NCBI GenBank assembly: GCA_039683575.1
Contig: JBDKRC010000207.1
Location: 1 to 39,441 of the forward strand
Direction: 5' to 3'
Source of the DNA: Armatimonadia bacterium
GTDB lineage: Bacteria > Armatimonadota > Zipacnadia > Zipacnadales > UBA11051
DNA: 39,441 bases
Position 1 is the stretch's first letter, and every line of letters begins with the position of its first letter. The notes under the pieces were generated by a model that was given only the letters and a program-made list of their open reading frames with translations, searched no databases and was not told the DNA's origin. Below are positions 35,827-39,441 of this stretch, piece after piece. A program made the translations under genes and the position numbers.

Positions 35827-37275
35827 TCACTCCTCCGACGTATCCGAAACCAGGCATCCCAGCCCAATCAGGCCATCAGCCATCCGCGCGACGGTCTTGC
35901 GCGTGGCATCGTTGTCCACCATCTGCAGCACCGCCAGTTGTTGCCGCAGCCGCCCGAGTTGCCTGACCACCACCGAACTGGTCCCCCACCGCTGCGCCGC
36001 GCCCAGAAAGTACGCGCAGTTCCGAAGATCGCTCTGCGGGTCCAGACAGCCCAGGCTGAGTTCGGTGAGCCACGCGCCGAAGCCATAGTTGAGCCGCGCC
36101 GGCTCCTCAGCCCCCTTCACCCACCCGTCACACGCCTCCTCGAGACTCAGTGCCTTCCTGTAGGCTGAAGACAGCCCACAGTCCGCCTCCAGCGGTGCGG
36201 CGGGGTTGACCAGTAAAAGGGAAAGCTCCTGGGCCTGCTTGCGAAGGTCTACGGGAGCTTTCACTTTTTCCAGATTCCCCGCCACCAGTTCCGCATTACT
36301 CTGGGAGGTTTGTCTGATTTCCGAGCTATACCCAAGCTGCTCACTCAACAAGATCCGTGGCACCAGCGTACTGAGCCGCAGGGCCGAGCCCAGTGCGAAA
36401 TACGCCCGCAGGACCCCTTCGGGGGCGGCGATGCCGGCTATGGGCCGGGGCTCGGGTTCCGGCTGCCCCTCGGGCAGCGCGGTAACTCGAGTCCCCGGCT
36501 CAACAATCTGGCCGCCCCGCAGCGTCACGCGGGAACCGGCCTGCGAACAGAAGTCCAATAGCACGGGGGAGGAGACGGAAATAGCGGCAAAGTTCTTGTT
36601 GAAGTCCGAACCGGCCATGGCGCGGACGACACCTCGAACGACACCGTCTTCATCCACCAGCGGCCCGCCGCTGATGCCTTTGTCAATATTCAGGTCAGAC
36701 TCAATCGTTCCGCCGTCATTGATTGTGCGGGACACATAACCCCGCCGCAGGCACACGTTCGGCCCGTTGACGCTCTTGTCGAGCATCGTCCCCAGCGGGA
36801 AGCCGAAGGCAAACACGCCAGTCTGCCGGCGAGGCAGCTCCGGCGCGACCTGAACCGGCTGGATCGCGGGCAGGTCCCCCTGCACCGCCAACAGCGCCAG
36901 GTCAACGCGTGGGTCAGTCTTGACAATCGAGGCCGGATAGAAGCGCGACTGCTCGGTGCCGCTGAAGACGCGGACCTTGATCTTAGCGTTAGGATCTTCC
37001 AGTGCTGCTGCAACCACGTGATGGTTGGTTATAAGGTTGTTTGCCGCAACAAAAAAACCCGTGCCGGATTCGAGATAGCGGCGGGGCGAATTCGGCTTGG
37101 TATACTCAACGGCTACATAGGCGACGGCGTTTTCCACACCATATTCCAGTTTCTCCTCCAACCTCAAGGTGCGTTCCACAGGCTGCTGGGCCTGAACTGC
37201 TGTGGCTACTGTGAGCACCAGCAGGATCGCCGCCAGGGCGATGGGGAACGGGCGTTTTATGGCAGACACCTCCAT
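35827..37275 (-). CDS. Secreted trypsin-like serine protease with a helical C-terminal domain
   Basis: SGTGFF, ITNHHVV (His), DLALL (Asp), GFPLG and GISGGPL (Ser). Signal peptide present. Confidence 0.85.
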   Translation of the reverse strand: MEVSAIKRPFPIALAAILLVLTVATAVQAQQPVERTLRLEEKLEYGVENAVAYVAVEYTKPNSPRRYLESGTGFFVAANNLITNHHVVAAALEDPNAKIKVRVFSGTEQSRFYPASIVKTDPRVDLALLAVQGDLPAIQPVQVAPELPRRQTGVFAFGFPLGTMLDKSVNGPNVCLRRGYVSRTINDGGTIESDLNIDKGISGGPLVDEDGVVRGVVRAMAGSDFNKNFAAISVSSPVLLDFCSQAGSRVTLRGGQIVEPGTRVTALPEGQPEPEPRPIAGIAAPEGVLRAYFALGSALRLSTLVPRILLSEQLGYSSEIRQTSQSNAELVAGNLEKVKAPVDLRKQAQELSLLLVNPAAPLEADCGLSSAYRKALSLEEACDGWVKGAEEPARLNYGFGAWLTELSLGCLDPQSDLRNCAYFLGAAQRWGTSSVVVRQLGRLRQQLAVLQMVDNDATRKTVARMADGLIGLGCLVSDTSEE

Positions 37276-37350
37276 CAGGGTACTACTTTAGTAATAGACT
37301 CCCTGATAGGGTCTCAGGGTTCCCCTGATAAGCAAATCAGGGTAACCCCT
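37274..37350. promoter_or_regulatory. Array of ATCAGGG/CCCTGAT half-sites upstream of the protease
   Basis: Half-sites at 37274, 37301, 37314, 37323 and 37336. Palindrome TCAGGGTTCCCCTGA. Confidence 0.5.
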
Positions 37351-37363
37351 ACACAAAAAAACA

Positions 37364-37482
37364 CGCGTACGCGGGTTCGTCTCGAACCCGCGTCAGAAGA
37401 GCGCGTAGGCGGGTTCATCCCTGAACCCGCACCCCCAGCCACACAATCGCGCCCGTCGGTTCGAGACGAACCGGCCTGCGCG
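37364..37482. repeat. Three REP-like units (same family as 27035-27105)
   Basis: CGCGTACGCGGGTTCGTCTCGAACCCGC; CGCGTAGGCGGGTTCATCCCTGAACCCGC; inverted GTCGGTTCGAGACGAACCGGCCTGCGCG. Confidence 0.85.
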
Positions 37483-37508
37483 TCGCCTTCGTCTTGCCTC
37501 TCCTCCGA

Positions 37509-37536
37509 CTGTTTTCCGTTCTCTGTCTTCTGTTTT
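37509..37536. repeat. Heptamer tandem repeat (CYGTYYT x4)
   Basis: CTGTTTT CCGTTCT CTGTCTT CTGTTTT. Confidence 0.55.
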
Positions 37537-37549
37537 CGCCTTCTCCCCC

Positions 37550-38563
37550 CTACTCCAACCCCACTTCTTCCCGGTACTCATACAGCCGCCCATTGGGCCG
37601 TTCGCAGCCCTCCAGCACCGGCGGGGTCATCGTCGTCAGCACCCCATACGTATCCGGCCGCCGCTTGCGTGTAAGCTGATCCCGGTGGCAATGGCTCGCC
37701 ACGCCCCAATGCTGCGTCCGCTCGGCCTTCAGGTCCACCTCCGCCGCCACAAACACGTCCGCCCCGCGCCCACAGCAGGCGATCTGGTTGCCGTTCTTCG
37801 TATAGATCGCGCTCCGGCCCGGATTTGGCCCGAAGTTCGAATACATCACCACCACGCTGTTATCCGTCGCCCGCGTCCGCAGCCGCGCCTCGCCGATGAC
37901 CTCTTCCTCATCCGGGAATGCATACCCCACCGTCGGATGCAGAATCAGGTCCGCCCCATTGAGCGCCAAACACCGGCACCCCTCGGGGAAATCAATGTCA
38001 TAGCAAATCTGGAAGCCAACCTTGCCCAGGCTGGTCTCAAACACCGGGTACTCATCCCCCGCCGCGAACAGCCCCGCCTCATTGGCCTCCCAGTCCAGCG
38101 GACACGGCAGATGCACCTTATGATATATCCCCGCGACCTGCCCGCCCGGGTCCATCAGCACCCCGTCGTTGTAGAGCTTTCCACCCTCGCTGCGATAATA
38201 GCAGCTCGCGATATGCATCCCATACTTCCGCGCCAGCGGTGCCGTTCTGTCCAGCCACAGCGGCTCAGCCCGCTCGGTCGCGGCCTTGATGTTCTCAAAA
38301 CCCCCCATATAGCACCCACCCACCGGCAGCGTGCACTCGGGCAACAGCACCAGATCACACCCCGCCTCGCCCACCCGCTCCAGCAGCCCGCAAAGATGCT
38401 CAACATAAAGCTCCAGCACCCGCCACTGCAGGTCAGGATCATACCCTTCCTTATGTGGCCGCAGCCTATCCTGATACTCCTGCTCACTAACCCCCACCTT
38501 GTCGGCCAGACGCGCAATGATCCCCAGATGATTAGCAGGCTGCAAAGTAACCAGTCGGCTCAT
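37550..38563 (-). CDS. Carbon-nitrogen hydrolase (nitrilase superfamily)
   Basis: Catalytic Glu-Lys-Cys triad: DLVLLPE, YHKVHL, GFQICYDIDFPE. Also RRPDTY. Confidence 0.92.
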   Translation of the reverse strand: MSRLVTLQPANHLGIIARLADKVGVSEQEYQDRLRPHKEGYDPDLQWRVLELYVEHLCGLLERVGEAGCDLVLLPECTLPVGGCYMGGFENIKAATERAEPLWLDRTAPLARKYGMHIASCYYRSEGGKLYNDGVLMDPGGQVAGIYHKVHLPCPLDWEANEAGLFAAGDEYPVFETSLGKVGFQICYDIDFPEGCRCLALNGADLILHPTVGYAFPDEEEVIGEARLRTRATDNSVVVMYSNFGPNPGRSAIYTKNGNQIACCGRGADVFVAAEVDLKAERTQHWGVASHCHRDQLTRKRRPDTYGVLTTMTPPVLEGCERPNGRLYEYREEVGLE

Positions 38564-38825
38564 CAGTAGCCTCCTGAAGACATGATGGTCTCACCATATT
38601 GCCGCCAACCTGCCGAGTCAAGCCGGGGCCTCTCCGGAGGGGCCGCGCTTTAGCCGGCCCAGTCGTTGTCACCGAACAACCATTGCTCATCGCGCTCTCA
38701 CACTGCACTCCCCTCTCCCGGCGACCGTCGCGGTCACATGCGGGAGGTGCCGCGGGTGAGGGAAGGTCCCCGCCCCCCAAACCACGAACCCTCCTCCCTC
38801 ACTCAACCCTCTCGAGGTACCTCCC

Positions 38826-39441
38826 ATGGCCTTACTCAACATCAATTATTGGTCTCCTTCGCTCGTCAAGGAGACCGCCTGTAACGTCCTTCTCCCCGAA
38901 CGCCAGCCGACGAAGGGCCCCTTTCCCGTCTTCTACCTCCTCCACGGCCTCTCGGACGACTACTCCGCCTGGCAGCGCTGGACGAGTATCGAGCGCTACA
39001 CCCGCGACCTCCCGCTGATCCTCGTCATGCCCGACGGCCACCGCTCCTTCTACTGCGACGCCACCGACGGTTACGCCCACGAGGCCGCCATAGTGAAGGA
39101 CCTCATCAGCTTCATCGACAACCACTTCCGCACCCTCAAATCCGGCCGCGGCCGCGCCATCGGTGGCCTGTCCATGGGCGCGTACGGGGCGCTGAAGCTC
39201 GGCCTGAAGTACCCGAACCTCTTCTCCTCCGTCTCCGCGCACAGCGGCGTCTACCTGCACACGCAGGAGCGTTGGTGGGAGAAGGATGAGGGCTCGTGGA
39301 TGTGCGAGGCGCGCCGCATCTACGGCACCGAGAAGGCCATCCATGACAACGACGTCTTCGATCTCGCGACCAAGCTCGACCCCGGGAAGGCCCCCGCCAT
39401 CTGGATGGACTGCGGCGAAGACGACGGCCTCCTCCGCGACA
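38826..39441 (+). CDS. Alpha/beta-hydrolase esterase (S-formylglutathione hydrolase/tributyrin esterase-like), partial
   Basis: Not in the ORF track; translated by hand: MALLNINYWSPSL...PVFYLLHGLSDDYSAW...LVMPDG...RAIGGLSMGAYGA (GxSxG). Runs off the window end. Confidence 0.9.
   Translation, partial: MALLNINYWSPSLVKETACNVLLPERQPTKGPFPVFYLLHGLSDDYSAWQRWTSIERYTRDLPLILVMPDGHRSFYCDATDGYAHEAAIVKDLISFIDNHFRTLKSGRGRAIGGLSMGAYGALKLGLKYPNLFSSVSAHSGVYLHTQERWWEKDEGSWMCEARRIYGTEKAIHDNDVFDLATKLDPGKAPAIWMDCGEDDGLLRD

Noticed and set aside
38832-39344. Minus-strand 170-aa ORF
   Set aside because: Antisense to the plus-strand esterase carrying GxSxG.

Overview
GC-rich bacterial chromosomal segment, mostly housekeeping genes on the minus strand. 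Gene content looks Terrabacteria-like and possibly Armatimonadota, but that is inference only. The window opens inside an IS110-family element: the transposase N-terminus plus a structured left end. It then carries a PRC-barrel gene and murB, two large secreted proteins, an orphan PilC/GspF gene, a QueG-like Fe-S protein, galK, and the conserved rsmA-ispE-(NTP transferase)-tRNA-Gln-prs-rplY-pth cluster. Further along are a UroD/MtaA-family gene, ddl, an HD-GYP/transglutaminase-like/repeat-protein trio, metG, ricT, mfd, a ROK kinase, ssb, rpsF (with leader, without rpsR), a GntR regulator, a trypsin-like protease, a nitrilase-family hydrolase and a partial esterase. No CRISPR, rRNA or prophage was seen. 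The most unusual signal is palindromic repeat DNA. Several distinct GTAG/GTGG/GGAG-type REP-like families occupy many intergenic gaps. One REP doublet sits in frame inside ispE, and similar palindromes lie in rsmA and the protease gene. A 291-bp MITE-like element with 27-bp terminal inverted repeats and an 8-bp flanking duplication carries REPs as cargo. There is also a strand-independent G-to-C skew gradient across the window.
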